In this document: positions 52,226-62,162 of the stretch, one piece after another | Numbering within the stretch: the stretch's first letter is position 1 | Layout: each line of letters starts with the position of its first letter | From: Marsupella aquatica | Taxonomy: Eukaryota > Plantae > Marchantiophyta | Reading direction: 5' to 3' | Assembly (NCBI GenBank): GCA_973895155.1 | Contig: OZ316894.1 | Span: 17,266,563 to 17,330,562, forward strand | Length of the DNA: 64,000 nt | Notes under the pieces: model-generated | The model's database searches: none | Seen by the model: the letters and a program-made list of their open reading frames with translations, nothing else | Told to the model about the DNA's origin: nothing | Made by a program: the position numbers and the translations under genes

Positions 52226-54309
52226 AATTCGATTTGGCCTTTTTTTATTGAAATGGAAGCATCAAGGGCATCGAAAACCAATGTACCAGCCCGTTTATCG
52301 GGAAGGGCGAGCAGTCATCAGCTCACCCCGATGGATATAGAGACAGTAATACTTGATGGCATGGTGCGAAGTTAAGACCACGCACCCTAGAGATTCGACC
52401 TACTTCATCGCAGGCACTTTTGACAGCACCCATAATGACCACCTTCTCGATCCTTTCCTGAAGACTGCGCGTAAACGACGGCTCTTGGCGGGAATGAGTC
52501 CGAATCCTTTGTAAGTCTTCTGGCGTTCCCTGAAAGTCCGGCGATAACATTTTAAAGATATTTTTGGCGTTGTTATCCCAGTCATTAAGTCAGTAACAAT
52601 ATTGATTGTGCAACGTGCGACTAGCGGAATAAGCAGCTATGCCGGTTTCCCAACCATGGAAAAGTGCCAAAGCCCACCCGTTTGCGCGGCCAATCCGGGC
52701 TAAAGTCACGTTGTAGCCGGAATGACCGGTAAGCGCGGTACGAAAGATAGCAAGCACCACGCGCCTCTATAAGCGCTTCAATCGACAAGGGCTTCAATCT
52801 ACAAGCCCGAACACGCTTCCCGCGCACTCCGTGCCGATGGGTCCGAAGGTGAGCAATGCTTGCCAATAATAAGCGACTACTTATAGTAAAAGGTAATATT
52901 CCTTTTCGATAGTAACACCGGATTAGCAAAATGGGGTTACTATTGACGGTTCATTAGGAGAAAACAAGTTGTCCAAAGAGTTTTTCATTTAAAATATATC
53001 ATCTTTTTCTCCATTTTTCTTTCTTCCGATGAAAAAATATACACATATTTATTTGCGATGGGTCACGGATGATTAGCTCAGATTAGCTCAGAAGGATCTG
53101 CCTGCAAAATGTATTTATTTTTTGCCGTCGGGTAACGGATGCTTAGAGGGAGCGGGAGATCTTTGAATAAGGTCTCCCACTGTGAGAGATTGGGAATAAG
53201 TAACCTTCCGCAACGATTAGAGCGGGATAATACGTATAGAACTACGCCGAGCTGTACATATAACAATACGAGTATCAAGATCTTAGTATACTTTGAGTAC
53301 GGGAGGTACCGATCGAAAAGATACAAGAGCAAACGTTCTTAGTTTCGGGGGTTATTTCGGGCGTTGAACGCCGGCTCTTATAATCTCCTCGACCCAATTT
53401 GTGGGGTTAGCAAAATAAATCCACTAGTAAGTAAGGTGCAAAAAAAGACAGTGATCTTCAATCAAAATAGGAAGGAAGGGATCGATTTCGAGGGAGCTGG
53501 GCTCGCTGGAGGGAGTAGGTGTCATCTTATTTTTCCAATGATTCGCGGCGGCTTCTAGCCCTCGTGTTGGGGGCCCCTCCAAATCCTTGGGTTAGGCCGG
53601 CAGGATGGTTGTCCCCAAATACTTGGTCTCCTAGGGTTCAAGGGCTACCTTCCGTTCTTAGAGTTGTGCGAAGAACCGCTTCATCAAGTCATTCTGTTTC
53701 GTATTCATACATGGCCGGAGTAGCTTCGGCCTCGGCAGCTCTTGCTTTCGTCTCATTACCAGTTGCAATAAATTTTGCTCGCTCAGTGCCCCCCCCCCCG
53801 ATTTGTCGGATTTCTCCTCAATTACCAAGGGTTTCCCGGTCGGCGGCACCGCTTTACCCGAGATATGAGCGACCCCCGTGAATATACCACTACTCCTACT
53901 ATCGGGGTCGATGTCGAACCTTGCAATATCGAATTGTATTAATCTGTACGAGAAAGGGACCCGGACTTTGTTTCGTCGGACACCACAAGACCAAGATACT
54001 GTCCGACAAGGGCGACTGTCTGACATAATCCGAGCCGACACGAGGGTGGTAACACTAAAACGCAGTAATGAAATAAGTAAAGGCGGAAAGCGCCATTGAG
54101 CATATACATAGGGATGATCGGAACATAAAAGAAATCTTGATTGTAGGTGCGTGGGACTCGACCAGGTGGAGAGGTGTATAGCACTCGACCAGAAAGAGAG
54201 CGTGCGGAATGCCACTTTTGTCTCGAGCGCGGACTTCTCCAATAGAGCTAACTAACGTAACGAAGGTTACAAGCTTATTTTGACTTTCCGCCATATTTTT
54301 TTCTCTTTC

Positions 54310-54717
54310 TCACGACCACTTAAAAAACTTTATCGACAACCCCAGTTTATGCGCGGCCAATGTAGCAGCTTGTTGAGCATTTGACAGACTGACGCAATCC
54401 ATTTCAAATAAGATTTGTCCCTTCAACACACGAGCAATCCAACCTTTAGTATTTCCCTTGCCCTTTCCCATTCGCACTTCTGCCGGTTTACTGGTAATAG
54501 GAATATCTGCGAAAACTCTTACCCATATTTTAGAATTTCTTCGAAATTTTCTGCTTATAGCACGACGCGCTGCTTCGATCGCTTGATACGAAATACGGCC
54601 AGCTTCACAACTTTTAATGCCGTATTTTCCAAAACAAAGTTCTGTACCGTCTGCTTTGCAACCTTTACATTTGCCTTTTCGATATTTACGAAATTTTGTA
54701 CGTTTTGGATATAGCAC
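54310..54717 (-). CDS. rpl16: Mitochondrial ribosomal protein L16 (GTG start, overlaps the rps3 end; NUMT copy)
   Basis: YPKRTKFRKY, GRISYQAIEAARRA, TSKPAEVRMGKGKG. The GTG start inside rps3 is the known plant mitochondrial arrangement. Confidence 0.94.
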   Translation of the reverse strand: MLYPKRTKFRKYRKGKCKGCKADGTELCFGKYGIKSCEAGRISYQAIEAARRAISRKFRRNSKIWVRVFADIPITSKPAEVRMGKGKGNTKGWIARVLKGQILFEMDCVSLSNAQQAATLAAHKLGLSIKFFKWS

Positions 54718-55978
54718 AACTTGTCCCTTTTTTTTGTGTTAGAAAATACGAAACCCACACTTTGACACCTAAGATTCCATAAGGGGTAGATGCTTGTGTT
54801 TTCGCATAATCGATTTGATCGGAAAAAACATGTAAAGATGTTTCGCCGTATTTTTTGTATTCAGTTTTAGCTATTTCCGCGCCATTCAATCGACCTGAAC
54901 AACCAATACGGATCCCCTTCACATATGGGCATTTTTTAATTCGTTTAAATATAGATCTACATATTTGTCGAAATGATTTTTTTTGTTCTAGTTCCCAAGA
55001 TATTTCTTGAGCAATTAGAGAGGCACTTCGATAAACAGAAGCTATTTTGACTGGCTGAATTAAGGTATTAGTTTTTGTTTGATTAGCAAATAAAGATTGC
55101 ATTTTTTTCAAATAATAATAACGACTGGAAAGAGATGTAGCTTTCCTAAATCGGGCATACCTTAAGAATATGATAGCATCGAAATACAATGTGGACCTGG
55201 GTTGACGAATTGACTCCCCGCTTTGTGTTCCTTGCTTGGCCAGCGGAATGGCTTCCCCAATCGTGGATGTTCTAGCTGGGCCTTGTGCCACGGGACTTCT
55301 GTTAACCATAGGATCGAATTGAATTTGGTTCTTTAGATTGAAGAAATATTGCATTACGAAATAATCCAAGGAAGCACGCCCGGTAAAACCAAAGAAGTCT
55401 TCTTCGGACCCAAAAATATCTCTTTTTTTTTCAGCACGCACGGCTACCGGGATGTAAGGCGCGAAGCGAGAGAACGCATAGCGTTCTTCTGAGGCTCTTC
55501 CGTCATCATTTTCGTCTTTCGGCCAGATACTTTGAAAAGTAGAGTGTATGTCGGCCATCCAATCGCTGACTCGAAGTAATTGGTCAATCTTATGTATTGA
55601 TGGCGATCGACCATGGTATTCATAGCGGCGTTTTCCGGGCCAAATCCCGACTTCATTTCTCTGTTTTACTGTATCGTCGTTAATACGCCCGATCGACTTG
55701 ACAGATGGTAGTGCCCCAAGGCCTTGATGTCTTGATTGGCTAAGTCGATCCAGAAAAGATAGATGAATAAATGTCCTTTTAGGAAAATGATGGATAATAC
55801 ACCTACCGAGACGAAAGCCAAACGTGTTTCCCGTAGGTGGACGTATTGAACCAAAATAATCTCTAAAATTTAAATCTTGATACAACAATTTTCCGTAGTA
55901 GTAATCACTAAACCAACTGGAATCTGAACTACGATTCAGATTGAGTCTGACTGAAATCGGATTTACTTTTTGTGCCAT
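54686..55978 (-). CDS. rps3: Mitochondrial ribosomal protein S3 (NUMT copy), 430 aa
   Basis: MAQKVNPISVRLNLNRSSDSSWFSDYYY, GIRIGCSGRLNGAEIA, STPYGILGVKVWVSY. Confidence 0.95.
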   Translation of the reverse strand: MAQKVNPISVRLNLNRSSDSSWFSDYYYGKLLYQDLNFRDYFGSIRPPTGNTFGFRLGRCIIHHFPKRTFIHLSFLDRLSQSRHQGLGALPSVKSIGRINDDTVKQRNEVGIWPGKRRYEYHGRSPSIHKIDQLLRVSDWMADIHSTFQSIWPKDENDDGRASEERYAFSRFAPYIPVAVRAEKKRDIFGSEEDFFGFTGRASLDYFVMQYFFNLKNQIQFDPMVNRSPVAQGPARTSTIGEAIPLAKQGTQSGESIRQPRSTLYFDAIIFLRYARFRKATSLSSRYYYLKKMQSLFANQTKTNTLIQPVKIASVYRSASLIAQEISWELEQKKSFRQICRSIFKRIKKCPYVKGIRIGCSGRLNGAEIAKTEYKKYGETSLHVFSDQIDYAKTQASTPYGILGVKVWVSYFLTQKKGTSCAISKTYKIS

Positions 55979-55984
55979 AATTTA

Positions 55985-56266
55985 CTATCGTACCTTTTTG
56001 ATCGGTTTGATCTTGGTTTTCGAGGGCAAAGCTCTCTTACCCAAGGAGGAGGTTTTCCGTGTAGAAGCAAACTCTCCAAATTTATGACCAACCATTTCTT
56101 CAGTAATCTTCAAACCAACAAAACCTTTTCCGTTATAAATTTGTGCATAGCAACCAACAAATTGAGGCAAAATACAAGATCTACGTGACCAAATTCTCCA
56201 CCTAATCTTTTTTTGCTTGAACAAGCAAGTATCCACAAAAGGACCTTTCCATATAGAGCGTGTCAT
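55985..56266 (-). CDS. rps19: Mitochondrial ribosomal protein S19 (NUMT copy)
   Basis: [31 protein letters not shown]. Confidence 0.95.
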   Translation of the reverse strand: MTRSIWKGPFVDTCLFKQKKIRWRIWSRRSCILPQFVGCYAQIYNGKGFVGLKITEEMVGHKFGEFASTRKTSSLGKRALPSKTKIKPIKKVR

Positions 56267-56269
56267 AAA

Positions 56270-56737
56270 CTAATTTCTGCGTTTTCTCACTACTGTTTTG
56301 AATCCACCTTTGGTAGGCTTGCCCCAAGGTGATACCGAAGGTCTACCTCCTTTAGTGCGTCCTTCACCGCCTCCATGAGGATGATCAACTGGATTCATAG
56401 CCACACCCCGAACGATGGGGCGTCTGCCTAACCACCGGCTTTGTCCCGCTTTGTCAAGCTTATGTTTACCATGATTAAGATTGGAAACTATACCAATAGT
56501 AGCTCGGCATCGGGAATCTATTAGTTTGTCAACACCCGAAGGTAACCGCACAATACATTGCGGTGTATTCTCAACCTTCTTAATTATTTGAGCAAAGGTT
56601 CCCGCGGCTCGAGTCAACTTTGCGCCTTGACCTGGGTTCCTTTCAATGTTATGTACCCACGTGCCTATAGGTATTTTGGCTAATGGTATGCAATTTCCGA
56701 CCATTTGATAATATGAATCAAGTATGTAATTTAAAAA
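56270..56737 (-). pseudogene. rpl2: 3' fragment of mitochondrial rpl2, truncated at the NUMT edge
   Basis: [55 protein letters not shown]. The N-terminal part is absent and there is an in-frame TAA at 56764-56762. Confidence 0.9.
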
Positions 56738-56796
56738 GCTAGAGGGCCAACCCCATAGGAATTATCGTTTGCTTGAGCTATCGTTGCCACCCCCCT

Positions 56797-57980
56797 TGTA
56801 ATTTGAATAAAAGGGAGCTTTGGGGGGATTAAAATTCCCCATTAGGGAGCCCTGCGAGTGACCAGGTGGCGCCCGAGAAACCTAGCCCTTGCATAGGGAG
56901 GCGTGCCGCGCGAGCGAGGGTGCCGCAAGCTAGGGGCTCCCGTGAGCCGGGCCCAAAAGATGCAGTGAGGAGGGGGGGTATTAAACCCTCCCGCGAGGAG
57001 GGAGCAGGACCGGGTGAGCCCTGCATAGGGCCGCGAGCCCACCAGCCGCAGCCGCAAGTAGACGTAGCGGCGAGGGGGAGAAAGCGAGAGGCGAGCCAGG
57101 GCGCATGGCTTGTGCGCAACCGGGAGGTACCGGGCGGCTTGCCGGAGCCGGGAGGAGCCCGCGAGTAAGAGCCCAGGTGAGCCGAGCCGGGGCGCGAGGC
57201 GAGGGGCGCAGCTGGGTCGCAGCCGGGAGGAGAAGATCGCGGAGTGGGGAGGGGGGCAATTAAGTTCCCTTGGGAAGGGTCCGCATGAGGGGCTGTGAGT
57301 AGGGGGAATTAAATTTCCCCGGCCTTGGAGGACTGGAGGCCACCGCGAGTATGCCCCGGAAGGGAGGCGCGAGGCGCTCCCGCGAGTAGTGGGGGGAGAA
57401 TTAAATCCCCCATTAAATCGCAGCCGGGACGCTTCGGAGGGCAGGTGAGAGGGGGGCAGGTACGCGAGCGGCAGAAGGGGGGAGAAAATACTCCCCGATA
57501 CACGGGTGAGTCAATACCCAGGAGAGGGCAGCGGACGGCACCTGGTGCTTAGGGGTATACTTAAGGGGGGCCTGCGCCCTTAGGAAAGCCACCACTTCTT
57601 GCTTTCCCCTTAACTTTTTTCTTGCTTCCCTTGAGATGCCGAAAGCTTCCCTCAAAACTGCTTCTTTGTAAACAGTACCCTGGTTCTTGGTTCTCCAATT
57701 TGTTTTCCCCTTTCTCTCTAGCTCGGCATTGAATTGGGGGACTCACTGTCTCCGAGCATTAACGGTGGCTGCAGTGAATTATGTCTAGGAAATTGAGATT
57801 GGGTCATTGATTGATCGGGATACGGGGGCCGTTTCGGGCCAGGGAATTGACATTGCTACGGGTGATGGGATTTGGTGATTGAGGATCGGATTTCTGGATG
57901 CATGGATGCTGGATCAACCAGAGTTTAGTGAGGCACGCATTCGGAGGTACAAGGCTGCTTACCGTGACTACGTTGAGACA
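56797..57980 (+). mobile_element. GC/CpG-rich LTR-like block with repeated G-run/AT-core/C-run mini-palindromes
   Basis: TG...CA ends are possible. A TATA-like TATACTTAAG (~57556) is followed by a pyrimidine-rich tract. Six GGGG(G)-AT core-CCC(C) motifs. No TSD found. Confidence 0.4.
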
Positions 57981-57982
57981 TT

Positions 57983-58554
57983 TGTCGTGCGCATACATAT
58001 CGCTACACAACATACATCGCTTGTCACATACATCCAGACATAGTCACACTGCCACATCACAAATACAAGAGAATGGAATACAAGTGGAACTCATGTCCAC
58101 ACATGTCCAAAACCCACAATAATCTCCATACAATCGGCACAACGATCTCGGTCAACAATACCCCATCGATCCCGCACCGATCCGATCACACACGTATGTC
58201 AAGCCAACGCACCTTGCACTACTCAAGGAATCCACGTTACACAAGCGGAGCTCACAGCCACCATAGCCACACTCAAGCTCCTCTCTCTCCAAGGCTCAAC
58301 ATTGAAAGATGACCTTTCAATGCCTCACAAGTGAGAAGTACCCTCTCACACAAACCTGACAGAACCTTATCGGCTCCAATAGCACTCATACCAAACGTAC
58401 ATACTCTAATAGCACGATATACTACTACACTACTCAGAATGGTGTGATAGCTGTCGTGCGCATACATATCGCTACACAACATACATCGCTTGTCACATAC
58501 ATCCAGACATAGTCACACTGCCACATCACAAATACAAGAGAATGGAATACAAGT
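57983..58554 (-). repeat. Putative LTR (57983-58429, TGTCGT...ACTACA) plus a second copy of its terminal 103 bp (58452-58554)
   Basis: Direct repeat TGTCGTGCGCATACATATCGCTACAC...GAATGGAATACAAGT at 57983-58085 and 58452-58554. The second copy abuts the end of the gypsy RNase H region. Confidence 0.55.
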
Positions 58555-60119
58555 CCACAGATCCACTATATGCTGGCACCCAACAAAGAAAGGCAGATGC
58601 ATGCCATCCTGGCACCATCTCCTTATCTGACTCATCATGCCATCTGGCTCCAGTCTCATCCTGCTGACTGGTACATGGATTGCGGCTTAATCCATCTGCA
58701 TCCAAGTTCACTTTTCCAGGCCTATGCACCACCTGGAAATCATACTCCTGTAACAACAATGCCCATCGTGCAAGCTTCCCTGTAAGCTTGTCAGACTCCA
58801 TTAACCACTTAAGAGGCTGATGATCAGTGATCAAGGTGAAGGGATTACCAAACAAGTAGCAACGAAAGTGTGCAACAGCCCACACTGCTGCCAAACACTC
58901 TCCCTCATAAGAGCTATTCTTAGCCTCTGCTGAATTGTTTGATCTACTGGCATAAGCCACAACAAACTCATTCCCCTCATCATCCTTCTGAGTCAGCACT
59001 GCTCCAAGTCCTACTCCACTCCAATCAGTGTGTAGCTGAAATGGTCTGCCTGAAATGGGTCTTCTCAAAATAGGGGATGATGCCAACCTTTGCTTCAACT
59101 CCTGAAAGGCATGCTCCTGGTCATCACCCCAAATCCATTCCTGATCCAACTTAGTGAGTATGGTCAAAGGTTTAGCAAGCTGGCTAAATCCTTTAACATA
59201 CCTCCTGTAGTAGCTCGCCAATCCCAAGAATGCACGAACTCTACTCACATCAGTAGGACAAGGAATCTGTGTAATGGCCTCCACTTTAGTCTGCTGTACA
59301 CCCAATCCCCCTGGGTATATGGTGTGGCCCCCAATACTCAATCTGGTCTTGGAAGAACTTACACTTGCTAGGATGGAGCTTCAACCCATGTGCTCTCAAT
59401 CTCTCCAACACAGTCTGCAAGTGCTGCTGATGTTCTTCCACAGTAAAAGAATAGACCAAAATATCATCAATATAACATTTGACAAAATCCAAACCTGCAA
59501 GGATTCGATCCATGACTCTCTGGAACTCAGCTGGTGCATTCTTCAACCCAAATGGTAAGAATAACCATTGATACAAACGATCTTTGCCATAAGAATCAAT
59601 CCCCCAGAATGCTGTCTTGGACCTGTCAGCATGCCTAATTGGAAGCTGATGGTATCATGCCCTCAGATCCAATGAACTGAAAACCTTTGCATGCCCCACA
59701 GCATCAAAGATCTCCTCAGGTGTGGGCATGGCATATCGATCAGATTTTGTCTGGCGATTAATAGGTCTGTAATCACCACACATGCGCCTATCTGTGTAAT
59801 TGCCATGCACATCCTTCTTGGCTGGCATCACTGTGGCAGATGCATACTCCCCATATGAAATCTCCACCAATCCAGCCTCCACCAAATCTTGAGTTCTGCT
59901 TTGAATCAGAGCTCTCTCCATGTCACTATAACGGTATGGTCTACGAAAGATTGGCGCATCACTAGCCAATTCAATCTGAATACCGGGGCCCTTCAATGTC
60001 CCCAAATCCTTCATGCTGAATGCAAAACAATTCCAATAACTCTTCAGGAATCGATGCATGCGACGTCTCTCCTCCCCTGTTAACTTAGGGCCAAGCTGTG
60101 GTTCCCAACTCTCCACCAA
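58555..60119 (-). pseudogene. Ty3/gypsy reverse transcriptase and RNase H
   Basis: RMCGDYRPIN, FSSLDLRA*YHQLPI, KTAFWG, LPFGLKNAPAEFQR, YIDDILVYS, FLGLASYYRRYV, FQLHTDWSGVGLGAVL, YEGECLAAVWAV, TDHQPL, ADGLSR. Confidence 0.93.
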
Positions 60120-60349
60120 ATCCCTAATATCTCTTTGTAGGGTAGAAGAGATAGCCGATGATTGCTATTTAGCAGTAGATTGAGCAGTCCCTTCCTGCTC
60201 AACAATCTGTCCAGCCGCCAATCCTGTCATAGGTCCATGGACTGTCTGCTTGCCCCCAGCTGTGGTCAATACTGTCTCAGTGGACCGCAAGCTCACCAAG
60301 GGACAATCAGTAATTCCGGCATAGCGCATCCGCAACTGTTCAGCTACTC

Positions 60350-61301
60350 CCAAGCTGATAATCCAAGTCAAACAATTCAAATCCATTGCTTGACCAAGAA
60401 CCTGGCGCCGCAAACCCTCTGACACAGAGGCAACTGCAGTGGTGCCAGTCAAAAATCCCATAGCACGCTCTCTCTCATCAGCAGTAGGCTCCACTAACTG
60501 CTGGAGAGCTGTGTCCCATACAAGTCCAGGGCCACCTGCTCTGAATGCATATGAAGCAGAGTGGCTTACAAGAGTGGGTAATGCACAACGTGGGCACCCA
60601 ACTGCATTGACCATTGCCAATGGAGGTCTATCAGGTTGGGTCACACCCTGTGCACGACGCCTTGGATCCAAAATATCATCCACCACTAAGGCTGGTGAGC
60701 GTGGAATGCTGTCAAATGCGCGCTTCAGCACCTCACATGGGATCAAATTAGTCCACCATAAGCGTGGACGATGTGCACAAGAACCCACATGTGCAGCATC
60801 CAATAACACAGCAGGTCCAATCCAAGACCTCACTTGGTGAACACTGGCAACAATCCGACTACGATCATCACCTAACAATGGTACATTCTCCAAAATGTAT
60901 GCTGGAGACTGTGTCTGATGTAGCTGGAGGTGACGCAGCACCCGTAACATCTCCCAAAACAATGCAGAGCGTGGATCATGAAGTCCATGCCCAATACCAG
61001 CTCTAGATTGGCCCTGACATGGCCAACCAGCAATCACCAAATCAATGGGGCCAACACGATGTAGATGATCCGCCCCCAACAATGAAATATCAGCAGGTAG
61101 TGCATGCTGATAACCACGAACAGCATCCACTGGCAGCAACTGTGGATATCTATCCACCAACATAGCCACATGTCACAATGAGACCCTCCGTGTTGTCTCA
61201 TCTGTCTCCACATACAAATAACGACGCACAGGAATTCTTGCCTGAAGAACAGCAGCCAATCCAGTGCTAATCCCACCAAAAAGATCCAACAAACAAATAT
61301 C
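60350..61301 (-). pseudogene. DNMT3-like C5-cytosine DNA methyltransferase domain inside pol (one internal TGA)
   Basis: Motif I LLDLFGGISTG; II YVETD; III ADI; IV GPIDLVIAGWPCQ (catalytic Cys codon 61019-61017); V LFWEMLRVL; VI YILENV; VIII LDAAHVGSCAHRPRLWWTNL; IX ERERAMGF; X RRQVLGQAMD. Canonical non-permuted order. Confidence 0.9.
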
Positions 61302-61699
61302 CTCCGGTGGATACTGCCAAGCAATAGGAGTGGTATCCAATGGTGAAAGAGTCACAGGTCCATCTGCAAGAGACTGCTCTGCTCCTGACTGTGGTGTAAA
61401 AGCATGACGCCATGCATCATGTACCAATCGTGCTGCTGCCTGTGGCAAGGCTTGTGCAGTGCCCCACACTGGTGGCACAACACTGCCAACAGGTAATCCT
61501 CGCATGATGTGCTCCTCATGAGACTCCTCCAATGGTGGAACATCGGCTGCATGCGCATTACCCTCAATCAAATCATCAGGTCCAGCAATTACACCACTGA
61601 ATGCTGCCAAAGACAATGGTGTGGATTTAGGGCCTCCCATAGGTCCACTAAATCTCACTGGCAATTTGCTCAATCGAGCATCTCCTGACTGCCAATCAG

Positions 61700-62060
61700 G
61701 TCTATATGACACTGATTCCTCCCAAAAATCAAGAATAAATCCCATGGGGTAGAGCACTGTACATCCCACCAACACATCATATGACTCTGCCTTAGTCAGA
61801 ATAGCTCGCGCCTGTATCTGTGAGCTATCTGTGGTATGACCTTCCTGAATCCTCAAATCAAGTGGTCTTCTGGTGATATGTTGTGTAGGTGTAGGTCCCC
61901 CCAATGAAGTCTGAATGGGAAAGGGACAATCCTCCAAATCCTCTGGACGCAATCCCAATCCACGTATGGCAGACTTCCCCAACATCAAGGGCTGAGCACC
62001 AGTATCCAGTAACACTTTCTCTGGCTGGTATACTGCTCCAGAAGGCCCAACTAATCGGAA
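61700..62060 (-). pseudogene. Retroviral-type aspartic protease domain
   Basis: VLLDTGAQPLM catalytic DTG motif and the C-terminal YDVLVG motif. Confidence 0.8.
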
Positions 62061-62162
62061 GATACCACTACGATTATCCAATGACACAACACTAGGTTTA
62101 AACCTAGTCCTCTCAAATGTAGGGCGTGCTGGTAAATCCACCAACCTCGCTGCTGCTGCATG

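Larger units (their letters stand above)
44500..56740 (-). other. Nuclear insertion of mitochondrial DNA (NUMT), ~12.2 kb, liverwort-type ribosomal protein cluster; boundaries approximate
   Basis: Colinear mitochondrial genes rpl2(3' part)-rps19-rps3-rpl16-rpl5-rps14-rps8-rpl6-rps13-rps11-rps1-atp8, flanked by nuclear retroelements. rpl2 is cut at the right edge. Confidence 0.85.

Noticed and set aside
45859-56704. Bacterial or plastid ribosomal protein operon
   Set aside because: atp8, the plant-mitochondrial rps3/rpl16 GTG overlap, short rpl6, rps1 and the rps14 group II intron identify it as plant mitochondrial.
58430-58451. tRNA primer-binding site between the two LTR-like copies
   Set aside because: The minus-strand GCTATCACACCA only loosely resembles TGGTATCAGAGC and lacks the TGG start.
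60350-61301. MTase as a bacterial restriction-modification gene, contaminant or stand-alone host gene
   Set aside because: It is in frame between a retroviral protease and a gypsy RT, shares their base composition, and has DNMT3-like motif variants. No restriction enzyme or PWWP/ADD/UBA domains lie nearby.
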